Part shown: positions 40,260 through 54,599 of the stretch, piece by piece
How the letters are laid out: every line of letters begins with the position of its first letter
How positions within the stretch are numbered: position 1 is the stretch's first letter
NCBI GenBank assembly: GCA_951406725.2
Contig: OX597821.1
Span: forward strand, 45,322,001-45,386,000
Direction: 5' to 3'
Source: Octopus vulgaris
Taxonomy: Eukaryota
DNA length: 64,000 bases
Program-made: the position numbers and the translations under genes
The notes under the pieces: generated by a model
Databases searched by the model: none
What the model saw: only the letters and a program-made list of their open reading frames with translations
What the model was told of the DNA's origin: nothing

Positions 40260-41486
40260 GTGTGTGTGTATAAAAGTATTTTGCATGTATAAATGAGTAT
40301 GTATTTACATATATATATATGTGTGTGTGTAATACATATATATACATACATGCACACACACATATAAATATGTATGTATGTATGTATGTATGTATAGTAA
40401 GAAAAAGAAAAATTGCGCAGAAGGATGACTCAGGAACACTTGGAAAAAGCACACACACGACATGGACATTTATAATAAATATGAATATGTCTGTGCGTGT
40501 GTGTATGTGTGTGTAAATGTGTGAAGTATGTGTGTAATTTGCGTGTCCCTACAGCCAGCTATACATATTTATTCATAAGCTTCATATTGATACATTCGTA
40601 TATTATGTTTATATTTGCATTTTTATATTTTGACAACGTTTCTTTATACGCCTGTTGATTCATCTACGCCTTCTTCCAGTGGTTGCTCATTCTTATAAAT
40701 ACCACTTTCCATTGTGTAGAAATCAGTAATGCTCGCATACTTCAATGGTTTTGCATTCAAACCGTGTAAGAAGAAACGTAGTTTATTTAGTTAGGTTTTC
40801 TGCTGTATTAGACATTTTCACCCCCACAACATATTTCATGCTCTCTGTATTACATATCTCAACACCAACTTAACTATTGCTTTCCATACTGACAGCGTCT
40901 AAGAATAATGAGTCTTTGGATATTTCTACTTTCCTTCACCGAAAAGAGTACTTCATTCTATATTTAGTTAGTGATTTCCTCATCAATACTGCGATAGTGG
41001 CGTTGACGTCTATTTTTGTTGAGGAGGTTTAATACGACTAAAACATTCACGTATTTTTCTCCCCTACTTGCCGAAATACCTCAAACAATATCAGTCAAAG
41101 ACTCCTAACGAGAATAATGTATTTTGCTTCAACATTACTGTTTAATTATTCCCAGTTAAAACATTTAATACTCTGGCATTAAATATGCTATCATTAATAC
41201 AGCTACTGCCATCCGCTTAAATTCAACATTGATAACAGAAAGTAATCCCAACGTTCATTTGCAAAACTGCAAGTAATCCATTGGAAAGTTAATTAGGAGG
41301 TATAAGCAGGTTTCAAAAAAATAATTGATTAAATATGGCTCCAAGACATTCACAGATACTTTAATGGTCTTTGGACAATAATGGTAAAATCCCTAAAGAT
41401 TGTTACAAGAGTAATTATAAATTGGATATATAAAACTTATTTTAACATAATTATACACTATATGTTCACAAAAAGACACATAGCCT

Positions 41487-41550
<64 letters not shown>

Positions 41551-42079
41551 AACACACACATGCACGCACGCACGCACGCATGTATATAAATGGTTCTCGA
41601 TCACAATTTCTGACCATAGGTGTTCAGTTGCTCGAACAACTGAACTACGAGCCTCATTTAATTGACGTGTAAGTGGCTTAGTATTCCACAAACACGTGTA
41701 GCATTAACGTACCATTTTGGTCATATACAGTTTCTGTGAAGTCAAAAGCTGACATACACTGAGAAAACATACAAAGATTTGTACTTCGTTTTTTTAATTA
41801 TTTTTTTATCTGGTTTGGAAGATTATTTGTATGAATTCGTGTGTTGAAGCAAAATATGTTGTCTTTGGGGAGTCATAGTGTCTTAATGCCTTATTATCTA
41901 ACACACTCACCGGTTCGATTTCCATTTATTTATTATTTATATTTTCTCTTCCAAAATTTTCGCTCCTTTTGCAGCCTTGGCAATGTATATTGACTCTGTC
42001 CGATATTGAATCTGCGTTCTTTATTGGTTGTTTGTGCGCATGTGTGTACGTCTGCGTGTATGTGTGCTTGTGTTTGCAC

Positions 42080-42110
<31 letters not shown>

Positions 42111-42397
42111 TGTATGTATGGATGGATGGATGGATGGATGGATGGATGGATGTATGTGTATGCATATATGTATGTATGCGTACGTGTACGTACGTACGTA
42201 CGTATGTAAGTATTCTGCATATTGTTGTGTTTGTGTGTTTGTATGTGTACCTCTGTCTCCTTGTGTGTCTATGTGATGGGTTTATGTGACTATGTACGGG
42301 CGTCTATTATGTGTGGATGTGTGTCTCCATATGTGTCTTTGTGTGTATGCGTGTATGTGAGGAGTATGTGTGCGTATATGGTTATTTGTTTCCCTCT

Positions 42398-42436
<39 letters not shown>

Positions 42437-42525
42437 TGTGGTTGTCTGTCTGTATTACCTATGTTCCTATCTATCTGCTTACCTATGTATCTATCCGTTT
42501 ACCTACATATCCATTTACCTTCCTT

Positions 42526-42575
<50 letters not shown>

Positions 42576-43100
42576 CCTACATAACAGTCTACTAGCAAAT
42601 ATACTTATGTATGTATATTCTATGGATATTAAGATATCACTACCTTTTACGTGTATTTCTTATTTACTATGGGGGTCGTTTCATTTATGAGGACGTACTC
42701 ATGTATTTGTCTGAGTGATGCGTCCTTCGGGTGCTTGGATAAAATGCGTATACTGTACAAAGATTTGACGGCATCAAATCTGAATGAGACCGAATTACAG
42801 GCGCCTCTCGCGTTACAGCTACAAGTTACGGAATTCCGCGTTTACGGAAATTGTAAAATATCACCATTCATTTTGGGATACTGTCTGTATTTTCAGTCTT
42901 ATGGGAACTCGTATAGCATAGCTTTAAATTGTTAATAATTCAAGACTACACATTCTTCTTGGCGCAATAATCGCTTGCCTTTTAGTTAAGATCAAAGCAT
43001 ATAGCTAACGATTTGAAAAAACTATCACGTTACATGCATACATTCCACACACAAACGCATATGTATATATAATGAGCATAATGTGAGCATATCTGTGTGT

Positions 43101-43167
<67 letters not shown>

Positions 43168-43336
43168 GTAATATGTCACAAACATTTAAATTAACCTTAA
43201 ATTCGCTTATGTCAAAACACTGTTTGGTGCTGAAACCGTTGAACTTCTTCCGACCTAGCAGTACCATAGTGCAACTCAGTCAATGTTGATCGTGTTTTAA
43301 GATGGTACAGAGTTACCCCTCTTCGGTATTGATAAC

Positions 43337-43565
43337 GGCATGCCGGCAGAATCGTTAGCACTCCGGGCGAAATGCTTAGCGGTATTTCGTCTGCCGCTAC
43401 GTTCTGAGTTCAAATTCCGCCGAGGTCGACTTTGCCTTTCATTCTTTCGGGGATCGATTAAATAAGTACCAGTTACGCACTGGGGTCGACATAATCGACT
43501 TAATCCGTTTGACTGTTCTTGTTTGTCCCTTCTGTGTTTAGCCCCTTGTGGGTAGTAAAGAAATA
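43337..43565 (+). mobile_element. Family B SINE, full length, with a 12-13-bp target-site duplication
   Basis: Flanked by GGTATTGATAAC(G) at 43325 and GGCATTGATAAC(G) at 43566. Confidence 0.9.
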
Positions 43566-43871
43566 GGCATTGATAACGTCATACTAGCATATACTTTCGC
43601 CAACTTTCAGTCCTCAAATTCGTTTTGTACAAAGCTAGAAGTATATTTCTATATAGGGTGTGTGGTGAAGATATTCACTTCGTAACCACATTGCTTCGTG
43701 GTTTCAGATGCAATCTCACTAACCTCTATTATAGACCCAGACTAACCAGTGTTTTGTGAGTCAGTTTGTGAATTTGATAGACGTCATGCATGTGTCTGTG
43801 TATGTATGTATATATAGTTATACATGTATATATACATACATACATACACACATATAATATACACACATATA

Positions 43872-43946
<75 letters not shown>

Positions 43947-44378
43947 TGTGTGTGTGTGTACGTGTATGTATGTATGTCTGCTTGCATGCCTTTGTGTTTG
44001 TTGCATTATTCTTTGAAAACGGTGATGGTTTGTTATCTCTCCGTAACTTACGATAAAAAAAACGATAAAAATGTACCAGACTTATAATTATAATTCATGG
44101 AGTCGATTTGTTCGACTAAACACTTTTCAAATGCTGCCCAGCATGGTCATAGTCAAATGAAACAAGTAAAAGTATAAAAGTAGAAAGAATAAGTTTGTAA
44201 TATTTGTGTAAATATATGTACATTACTGACTAATGATCGTAAAAAAATTTGCTCTTAGTTTCATCAAAGAAAGAAAACGTTCTCGCCACCAACGAACCAT
44301 CTAAACTCCATAATTCTTCAATTTTTAACCTACCACATACATACATACACGCGCACGCACATACACACATTCTCTCTT

Positions 44379-44410
<32 letters not shown>

Positions 44411-44923
44411 GGTTTATTTAAGGCCTTATTATATGAGCAATTACAATGAAAATATTGATTCTGACATAGGCGTAAAGACATTTTTCCTACATATTTGTTA
44501 GGAAAGGATTGGCACTCTTTAATTACAAATAAAATATTGATTTATTATATCAGGCCCAATTTTTTTGGAAAAGGGCATAATCAATTAAATCGACCTCAGT
44601 ATTTCATTTATCAACCCTAGAAGAAGGAAAGGCAAAAACTGACCTCGGTAGAATTTGAGCTTGGATGTAAATGGAAGTAACTAAATACCACGAGGAAATT
44701 CTACTAATTTAACATACTTTAATTAGAAATATACTTTTGATAAAGTTCATTAACATTCTTTGGAAGATCCTAATTCAAAATAAATTTTTAAAAACATCTG
44801 TTAATGCTTGTTTGTCTGTCTGTTTATACATCCATTCATTCACACAAGCATTTTCATTCACGATACATACATACATACATACATACATACATACATACAT
44901 ACATACATACATACATACATACA

Positions 44924-44954
<31 letters not shown>

Positions 44955-44956
<2 letters not shown>

Positions 44957-45302
44957 CAACGCTGAACTATTGAGGAATCTACAACTACTCTATCCAGATT
45001 ACAAGTTCATGTTTATACCTGTAATTATTGAGATCTTGTGATATGTAACACATTGCCTAAATACCAATCTTGAGAAATTAGGCTTCTCAAAACCAGAAAG
45101 GAGAGAGCTGATTCGAAGACTACAGATCCAAGCTATCACTGAATCATCCCAAAAGTTCATAGTTTAAGTACATATGAGCATTCTAGACATGCAAGTTTAT
45201 GCATGAGTATACAAACCTAAAACAAAACATTCAAATATACATACATACAAACATACATACACACATAATACATACATACACACATAATACATAATACATA
45301 CA

Positions 45303-45338
<36 letters not shown>

Positions 45339-45904
45339 TACATACATACATATATACATACATATATACATACATACATGTATACATGAGCACGGAGAAA
45401 TAAGAACCCACAATATGGTAGAAGCCATAGCAACTCATAAAAAGGAATACTTGTGGAATGTCCCAGTGAAGACCTCAATAAAATGTAAGCACAACACACC
45501 TGATATAAGGATTTGGGATAGAGAAGAGAAACTGTGCATAGTTGTGAAAATTAGCTGCCCTACGCTGAACTATTGAGAAATCTGCAATTACTCTATCCAG
45601 ATTACAAGTTCAGGTTTAAACCAGTAATTATTGAGGAACTAGGACATTTACACACTGCCTAATACCAATCTTGAGAAATTAGGCATCTCAAAACCAGAAA
45701 GGAGATAGCTAATTCGAAGACTACAGATCCAAACCATCACTGCAACTGTAAAAAAGTCTGTAAAACTTTCCAAAAGTTTATCATTTAAATATATATGAGT
45801 TTGTCTAGATATGAAACTATATGCATACATAAAACATACAACTCTGCACATACATACACATACATACATACATACATACATACATACATACATACATACA
45901 TACA

Positions 45905-45938
<34 letters not shown>

Positions 45939-46082
45939 CATACATACATACATACATACATACATACATACATACATACCCTGTTGTTGATGTTGAAATT
46001 CCAACGAAGCCAAGAATCTAGATTAGAAGGGAATTCTTTCTCTATTGGCAAGATATCTTGAAATAAACTGAATAATGACATA
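44955..46082 (+). mobile_element. Two tandem 3' fragments of a restriction-like-endonuclease LINE (R4/Dong-like), embedded in (TACA)n
   Basis: KEYLWNVPVKTSIKCKHNTPDIRIWDREEKLCIVVKISCP (PD..E-type nuclease motif) is present once. AELLRNLQLLYPDYKF.F.PVII...NLEKLG.SKPERR.LIRRLQIQ is present twice. Confidence 0.75.
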
Positions 46083-46377
46083 CATACATACATACATACA
46101 TACATACATACATACATACATACATACATACATACATACATGCATACATAAATACACAGAATAGATAGACAGACAAACATGCAAACTTGTAGATATGAAA
46201 CGATTAAGTAAATAGTGATGAAATCGCTTCGAAGACTAAGTTAAAATGTTAGGTTTCTTCATAAACTGGGGATCTGTCTTTATTTCACACAACCTTAGTT
46301 CATTGAGTTGTTAGGGAAAAGGTCAATAGGATCGATCACTCTTTAATGTATATACTAGCGATTTCGAAAGGTCATGA

Positions 46378-46575
<198 letters not shown>

Positions 46576-46829
46576 CTATTCATCTAACTGTTTTTCTGTC
46601 TGTATCTGCAGCTACCTATATAGTTAACTAAATTCGTTTAAGACAGAGCTTTATTAATATTTACCTGGATTTTTAAAATCTTTTTCTTCTTACGCACACA
46701 CACACAGTTTGTTTGCAGCAGCACAAGATCAAGCATTGAGGAATAATTAGATAAAAGCCAAGATAGAAAAAAATCAGTTAAATTCCCACTGTAGGTTATG
46801 TAAACTAAAAGGAGGAAAGTGTTACCCAT

Positions 46830-47440
46830 TTAGTTAGTGAATGCAGAATATTGGCAACAAAAAAAAAAAAAAAGAATACAAGAAAAGACGTGACAATCTA
46901 GGGAGAATAATCAATTGGGAGTTATGTAGAAATCTAGGATTTGACCATAGTGATAAGTGGTATGAACCTGGTAAAGTGCTAGAAAGTAAGATATATAAGA
47001 TGTTGTGGAACTTTAACATTCAAACTGACAAAGTAATAGAAGCGAGAAGGCCTGTCTTCTAGCTAGAAGCTAGAAAGCAGAAAATAAAAGTGCCAGGCAA
47101 CTGACTTGACAGTTCCAGATAATGAGAACGTCAATATGAGAGGTATAGAGAAAATAGCAAAGTATCAGGAGCTGGCCATTAAGTTACAGAGGCTATGAGT
47201 AATGTGGGTAAAATATATCCGTGTAGTTAAAGGTGCATTAGGAAGTATCCCTAAAGATTCGACCAGGCATAAATAGGCATAAAACCTAGTTTAGTGCAGC
47301 TCCAGAAAATAGTGTTAATAGGGACAGCTAATATACTTAGGAAGCTTCTTGGCATTTAAGGTTACTTGTAGCCCGATGTTTGGATTTTTTCCAACAGTTT
47401 AATCTGTTGTGCGAATATGAAATATTAAAAATAATAATGT
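46830..47440 (+). mobile_element. R4/Dong-clade LINE 3' fragment, a second family
   Basis: SEC..LA..EYKKRRDNLGRIINWELC...KWYE...MLWNFNIQTDKVIEARRP...EKIAKYQELA...VVKGALGSIPK...LQKIVLIGTANILRK. Confidence 0.85.
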
Positions 47441-48598
47441 GACAGGCGACGGGAGAGAACATACCAAATATGGAAATAGTACGATGATGGATATAGTATG
47501 TGTTTGCATATTTGTGTGCTGTTATTCGTACCCTACGGTGCATACATAGTGCATTGCTGTAATTAAATAAGTTAAGGCGTTTTTCTGGGTGTTAGAATGA
47601 ATGGTGTTAGTTATATTCGTTATAGCTGAAACAGTTGTTGGGTGTGGCTAAATACGATTGCAATGAAGTACGCAGTACTTTATTGCAATCACATTTAATC
47701 AATAATGATTAAGAATCATTTAAAATTTTATGTTGGCGGGGGCAACCTTTAAATTTTATAGTTTTAGATTTTATAGAAAGCTTATATTAGTTGTTATAGA
47801 AGCTGTTACATGTTAGTTAATACTGTTCGTTTTTAATCTATATTTTTCAGTTTATTTTAGTGAATTTGTGTTATGTATTAGAAGTTGCAATAAAATTACT
47901 TATGTTAAATTCAATTTAAATATTTGGTTAAGTGAATGAGTATAAGTAGATGAATGAGTTATATGTAAATTGTAGATCCCTGTTTTGTTTTTGGTTCAGA
48001 TATTTGGGTTTCGGATTTAGTTCCACTGCACGACACTTGGAGTAGTGAGGCTATAGTCTTCTACTATAGCTCCGGGTCGATCAACGCTTTGTGGATGAAT
48101 TGAGTTAAAATAAAACCATGCCGTTTACATACATACACCGGTTTTATTTGTGTGTGTGCTCACTCGTGCGCTCGCACGTATGTGTACATATGTCTACGCG
48201 TGTGAGTCTTGGTATCTGTGATTGTCATTTCCCTACCGCTTAACAACCGGTGCTGCTTTGCCAACGTCCCATATAACTTTGCGGTTCGGCAAAAGAGCCT
48301 GCTCGAATAAGTACCAGACCTAAAAGCAAAAACATAAATAGTGGAGTCGATTTGTTTGGCTAAAATCTTCCAAAGCAGTGCTCCAGTACGGCTGCTGTCC
48401 AATGACTTGAGCAAGAATAAAAAAAAGGAAAGCAAAAGATACATATAAGATGGAAAACGTGGACAGTGTCGCTTCGGCGAAACGAAACACGTATGTACGT
48501 ATCTGTAAAATAATGTCGACCATGATAATTGTTCCAACAAAGCGCTCCTTTAACGCACGGCATTCAATTTGGCACAAATAAAGATACCACCAGATCAG

Positions 48599-48653
<55 letters not shown>

Positions 48654-48902
48654 ACACATACACACACAGAGGGAGACATACATTTTAGTAAGTTAATATT
48701 CAAAATTTCGCAGTTGCCTTGTAGGACTTCAAGACCCTCGCAAATAACAGCGATAATCGGATAAACAGCCTTATTTTCTAAGAAACTACATTTTTAGTTT
48801 ATAGTGGGTTAGAAGTTCTTTAGTTCTCATCTCTGGTTGATGTTGCTATGTGTGTGTGTGTGTGCGTATGTGTATGTGTGTGTGTGTGCGTATGTGTGTG
48901 TA

Positions 48903-48948
<46 letters not shown>

Positions 48949-49647
48949 TGTGTGTGTGTGTATATTTGTATGTGTGTGCGCGTGTGAGTGTGTGTATGTG
49001 TGTGACCAGCAATATATTGCGGTGACTCCTAGATCTTAGTTAATCAATAACGATACTTGGCATTCATACAAGAAGGCTAATCACATGCAATGACCATAAA
49101 TTGTGTGATCGGTTAAAGTTTTAAAAAAGAGAATAAAAGTTCATTTGCTCATTGCGTTCGCTTGGCACGAAACTCTTAGTGATTTAGAGGCAAGATTAAA
49201 ATGTTAACATAGAAATTAACATAGCCCTAATAAATCTTTTAAGTACTCCCTTCTATAACACTCTTGACGATACACAAACACTCATATACATAAAATATAT
49301 ATATATATATATATATATACATATGCACACACAAAGACACACACACACACGTACGCACACGCACATATATCTCTCCCCACCTTTTTCTCTCTTTATAACT
49401 ACATCTATTGCATATATACATTTATGCATACATATACATACATACATACATATATATATTATCAATCCAGGCAAAATACTTCATAAGCTCTCTCTTGGTA
49501 CACAAGGCAAACAATATTGTTCAAATTAGTGAAGAACTCCAAATATTCTTATGGCAGGGTTCAAGGTTATGCTTCATCACCATTCTATATTGTAAATCCA
49601 TGGTTGTGCTCCAGAAAAAAAGTGGTTTTTACGCAGAGTGATATAAA

Positions 49648-49946
49648 TAAGACAAGTTATTAGTAATGGTCTTTACATATTTTCCTTTATTAGTACAAAT
49701 TTGGCTTACTGCTGTTTCGAGATCTCAATACAGGTTCGTTACTCAAAGCTTTACTCAGTCGTTCTATTAATCAGTTGAGCAAAATAGAACAACCAATTGA
49801 ATAACTAATTTTTCTCAACTCATCAATAGACCGATTGAGTAAACCTATCAGTAAGAAACCTATAATGACTACCGGAAACAGCTGTAAGCCAAATTTGCTC
49901 TAATAAAGGAATTATATGTAATGACTATTGTTTATACCTTGTCTTA
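49648..49946. mobile_element. Old, diverged fold-back element (~140-bp arms) ending in (TA)n, with a hammerhead 3' half
   Basis: TAAGACAAG...TTCCTTTATTAG..CAAATTTGGCTTAC.GCTGTTTC is mirrored by GAAACAGCTGTAAGCCAAATTTG..CTAATAAAGGAA...CTTGTCTTA. Confidence 0.7.
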
Positions 49947-49960
49947 TATATATATATATA

Positions 49961-50254
49961 CTAGCAGTATCACCCGGCGATGCTCGGGTTTGTAAGGGAA
50001 ATAACTATATAAGCATTTTAGAGAGTTACTTCCCTTATATAATAGCAAAAATGCATTAAAATGGGAAAAAATTATGGTAATTTTTTTTTTAATCGTAGAC
50101 TCATCGTAGACGCGCGCTAATACCCAGAAGGACTCGATATGAATCACGACTATAAGATACCCGGTTTTGCTTAAACTGCACCGCAAAATGTGGGAGTAGT
50201 TAGGAATCTAAATCGTAGGAGACAGACACACAACTTCACTTTTATATATAAAGA
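49961..50254 (-). mobile_element. Non-autonomous Helitron, complete
   Basis: Minus strand reads A|TCTTTATATATAAAA...CCCGAGCATCGCCGGG-TGATACTG-CTAG|T: 5' TC, 3' hairpin, CTAG end, A-T insertion site, no TSD. Confidence 0.9.
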
Positions 50255-50718
50255 TATGCATGTATATGTATTCTTAATACTGTCCAGCACATTCGAATGT
50301 GAATATGCAAATTGCTGCAGTGTTTCGTCGATTAACGAATCTGCCGCAACGTATTAAGAATAAATATGCAAATCACAGTTTTGATTCTCGCAGTCCTCCG
50401 AGCATATGGCGACTTAATATCGGTTGGAAGATACCAAAACGGATCAATAAACAGTTTGTTCGCTCAAATTATAAACATGAACTTGAAATCCTTTTAGATT
50501 CAATAGAATCAGGTGTGGGTCTGGCTGACAGCACAAAACGATGTCGAAGCACCAGTTGTACCAGTGAACTTGCACTAATACACTGTTACGAACACATATT
50601 CACTGTAAAGCGAAAGTTATTCTCCTGTGACGAAAACACAACAGCGAATCTTCCGTAGCGTATTAAGAATAAATATGCCAGCCATTGTTGTCATTCTTGC
50701 TCTTCAATATGCAGATGG

Positions 50719-50787
<69 letters not shown>

Positions 50788-51012
50788 TATTTAAATTTTG
50801 TGTTTGAAGCAGTTTAATAATGTAGGCATTAATAGTATCAGCACATACTTGATGTGTGTTAGTAAATGCTACAAAGTTGCGTACAGTAAATGAATTAATT
50901 GCATCGCAATTCTTAACATTTATGTATTAACTTTGTTGGGTACTTCACTAGCAGTATATTGGATATATGTTATCCCATGGAGGGTTGCATTTACAACCCC
51001 TATCTCAATTTG

Positions 51013-51047
<35 letters not shown>

Positions 51048-51054
51048 GTATATG

Positions 51055-51086
<32 letters not shown>

Positions 51087-51124
51087 TGTATGTATGTATG
51101 TATGTATGTATGTATGTATGTATG

Positions 51125-51157
<33 letters not shown>

Positions 51158-51263
51158 CTGTAAGTGTAATATGTGACAATTATTCGGTTGCCAAAATACA
51201 GATTAATTCCTCTATTTACAGAATATCGAGGTCTCTTTCATTCTTTTGTTGTCTTACCATTTC

Positions 51264-51317
<54 letters not shown>

Positions 51318-51694
51318 TAATAAGTATATGTATACGTACTTTACACAACCAGTGTCGTTTTAATTTGAAGACGTGGATTATAGCTTGCACAACACAATAC
51401 AAGACAATGTATTTTACACAATTAACTTCTCTGTAAACAATGCTATAATGGGCCATTGGACATGGTTGCGTTTTGATTGTGTTACGTGTAGTAAGTGGGA
51501 TATTCTTTTTATACCAAGTTTCATATCAAATTAAGTACATGCACAAATATAAATACGTTATCTTCTTCAAATTTAGGGCATCCCGTAAGTACAATGTATG
51601 TGTGTGTGTGTGTGGATGCTGTAACAGTATAGTACTATTGTTATTATCAACATAATGGATCTTTTATACACATGCACACATACACACACAAGAG

Positions 51695-51730
<36 letters not shown>

Positions 51731-53014
51731 CACACACATGCGAGCGCATACACGCACGCGTGCACACACATTCATGGAGAGAGATTAAGGATGAAAGAAT
51801 ATGATGGACAAACAAAAAGAGAAACACACGTTTGTGCATGCGCGCGTGTATTACGTGTTATACGACATAAACATACGTGGATCAGATTGAGAAATCTGCC
51901 TCCCAAGTTAGCTGTAGTTAGATTGATGTTAGTCGGATGTAACAGGCAGCTCTTTAATCTTCCATTTAGTTTTCCTCAAGTTATAGAATTATAATGGAGA
52001 TATCTTTTTATGGAAAGCCAAAATCTAATGTATAGAATGAAAGCAGGGAAATATATTTTACTCACAGACATTTTGTCTCACAAATGCTTGGCTTCTGTAT
52101 CTCATATGACCAAATAGCTTTTCTAAAACACCTAACTCTTTTTTTCTCTCGCTCACTCACGCACACATTCATCTCTACCCAATACACACACTATCACACC
52201 CTGTGTGTGTGTGTATATATATATATAGGGAGAGTTTATATATATACATATAATGTGGATGTATGTATATATGTACACGCACGCACACACACATACACAC
52301 ACACGTGTCTTTTGTCGTATTGAATATCAAACTTAGTTCCTGGCACTATTCCACACGATTCTATATCCCAATACAAGACATTTTCATTGATTCTATTGTT
52401 GTTTACTGTTGTCTTGGCTTTGTTACTTCTTACTGTTGTTGTTGTTTTTCTTGTTCTCGCCATCAGAGCCTTCATCGTCATTGTCGATAGTTTATTTATA
52501 TTTTACTGGTGTTGCTACAACTGATGTCTTAAAATTATCGCGATAATCAGTTTCATTTTTTTCTGTTTTACTTCTAAGAAAGCCTTATTTCTGTCCATAT
52601 ATGAAGTCTGTAGTAGAGACTGCTCCTTAACCTTTTCAACACTGATTGCTGCATTAAACACGACAGAACAAAATAAAAATAATAATGATAAATTTCAAAC
52701 AACCAAATGAAATCTTGTTCATATATAATAAAGTAAATAGAATATATTCCCTTTGGCATTCGTCCAATATTTGTGTAGCTGCAAATATTATCGATCGAAT
52801 TAACTGCAGTATTTTTTTATCACCCCTAGAGAGATGAAAAACAAAGACAAGATTCGAGTGTGATTTGAACTTAAACAAAAAGATTCGGTTTTTCTTTTTT
52901 TTTTTTCCTCCTAATAAATGAACAGTAATTCTAAAATAGCTCGCTCTGCAGTCTTGGGTCCGTGCATTAGATTTTAAAACAATTTCCAGCATCCTTTCTC
53001 TCTCTCTTTCTTCC

Positions 53015-53070
<56 letters not shown>

Positions 53071-53574
53071 CGTGCGCACGTGTGTGTGTGTGTACTTAGA
53101 TGTATATATGAAAGAAAGCTAAGTGAAAAAAAAGTTAACAAAAATAGGAAGTAACATAAATTGTTAGCGGAAAATAAATGGAATTTCACAAATTTACTAA
53201 TAAATTACTGAGAACAATTTAGACTTTATTTATGTCAATCCTACTTTCGTGATAGAATTGGTCAAAACAATCGTATAATCAGAGAGCTTTTGCAGTAACC
53301 AAATAGGAAATTCTCGCAATAAGTTTTCATGAAGAACCTGTTAATCAGTGTCTCCTCTGTTTTGCGATGTGTTCTATCTTTGTGGCCATTTGCAGTTAGA
53401 AGGATGGTGTCAGGAAAAGCTAAGTGTCTGGGTTATTCATTTTGTGCAGAGCCATAGACAACGTTTCACTCAATAATCTGGGTGACCCAAGAAAACTTGT
53501 GATGGTCTGTGTCAGCAATCCGTGAATATGAACACTTCAGACATGGAATACTACATGGGTTTGCTGTAAAGCAA

Positions 53575-53611
53575 AACTCTGTGACGAAGGGTATTGTTCG
53601 AAACGTTAGTT
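53575..53611 (+). ncRNA. Degenerate minimal hammerhead-like motif
   Basis: AACT [CTG(TG)ACGA] AGGGTATTGTTC [GAAA] CG TT AGTT. The core has a 2-nt insertion and helix II is weak. Confidence 0.35.
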
Positions 53612-54566
53612 GTATTGTCCTCCTCATCATAAACTGATTTAATTCAGTTTTGAACTGCTTATACGTTCACTCAATGGCTCTAAAAGTTATTGATTCTTTT
53701 GACCACATTTCTACCGGCAAGTTACAAAACTGATCGTTTCATTACAGAACTACTATAAACTTGAAGAGAAAAAAATTATCCTACAAATTGATTCTGCACT
53801 GTTAATTTCAGAGAAATTGTTTCTTAGAAGATATCTAAGGCTGCTGTCTAATTGATTTACCGAGAATTCAATTATCGTCTTAAAAACAATAAAAATATTT
53901 ATCGTGAATTATAATTAACGAATTATTTACCAGACGATAAATAATCTCTAAAATTTCTCCATCTTTAACGATTTATCACTTTGATTGTTAGTTCATCTTC
54001 TGAAAGATCTGCCTTCCCACGAATTTAATATAAAATGACTTTTAAGCCTTACAAAATGACATTGCTTTTTACCCAGGATATAAAATTACTTCTCAAAGAA
54101 ATTATTCCTATTTCTTTAATAACTTAGTTTTAACATTGAGACCATTATCATCTAATTGTCAAGTCGGTTACATATACAATGAAATAAATTTTTACCTCAA
54201 AACGTTCTTGCTCTAGGGAAAATAATCGTCTCAAAGTGCTGAATGATCAACAATTTGACATATTAAATACATTAATATCTTCATGGCTTCATTCAAAATA
54301 TATTTAGTAGAAATATAAACTCACTTAGAATAAAGTTAGACCTCAGTCATTCATTTTTAATTCATTTATAAATTTTTAAGATAATAATAGTTTAAAATCA
54401 AACTGGGTATTTCGAAAAGTAAAGTGAAAAATACAATTTTTACATCGCAATGCAGTTGCACTTACACATGCACGCACATACGTGACATTCAGAAGTACTG
54501 CATGGCTAATATGATACGTTAAGCATACATGTATATACACATATGCATACATGCTTATACTCGCAA

Positions 54567-54599
<33 letters not shown>

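Noticed and set aside
40620-41110. Possible minus-strand RTE tail (VFD*YCLR)
   Set aside because: One short motif among many stops is too little to support a call.
48455-48510. TCGC-TTCG-GCGA hairpin followed by GAAACACGT as a hammerhead
   Set aside because: No CUGANGA core and no helix I pairing.
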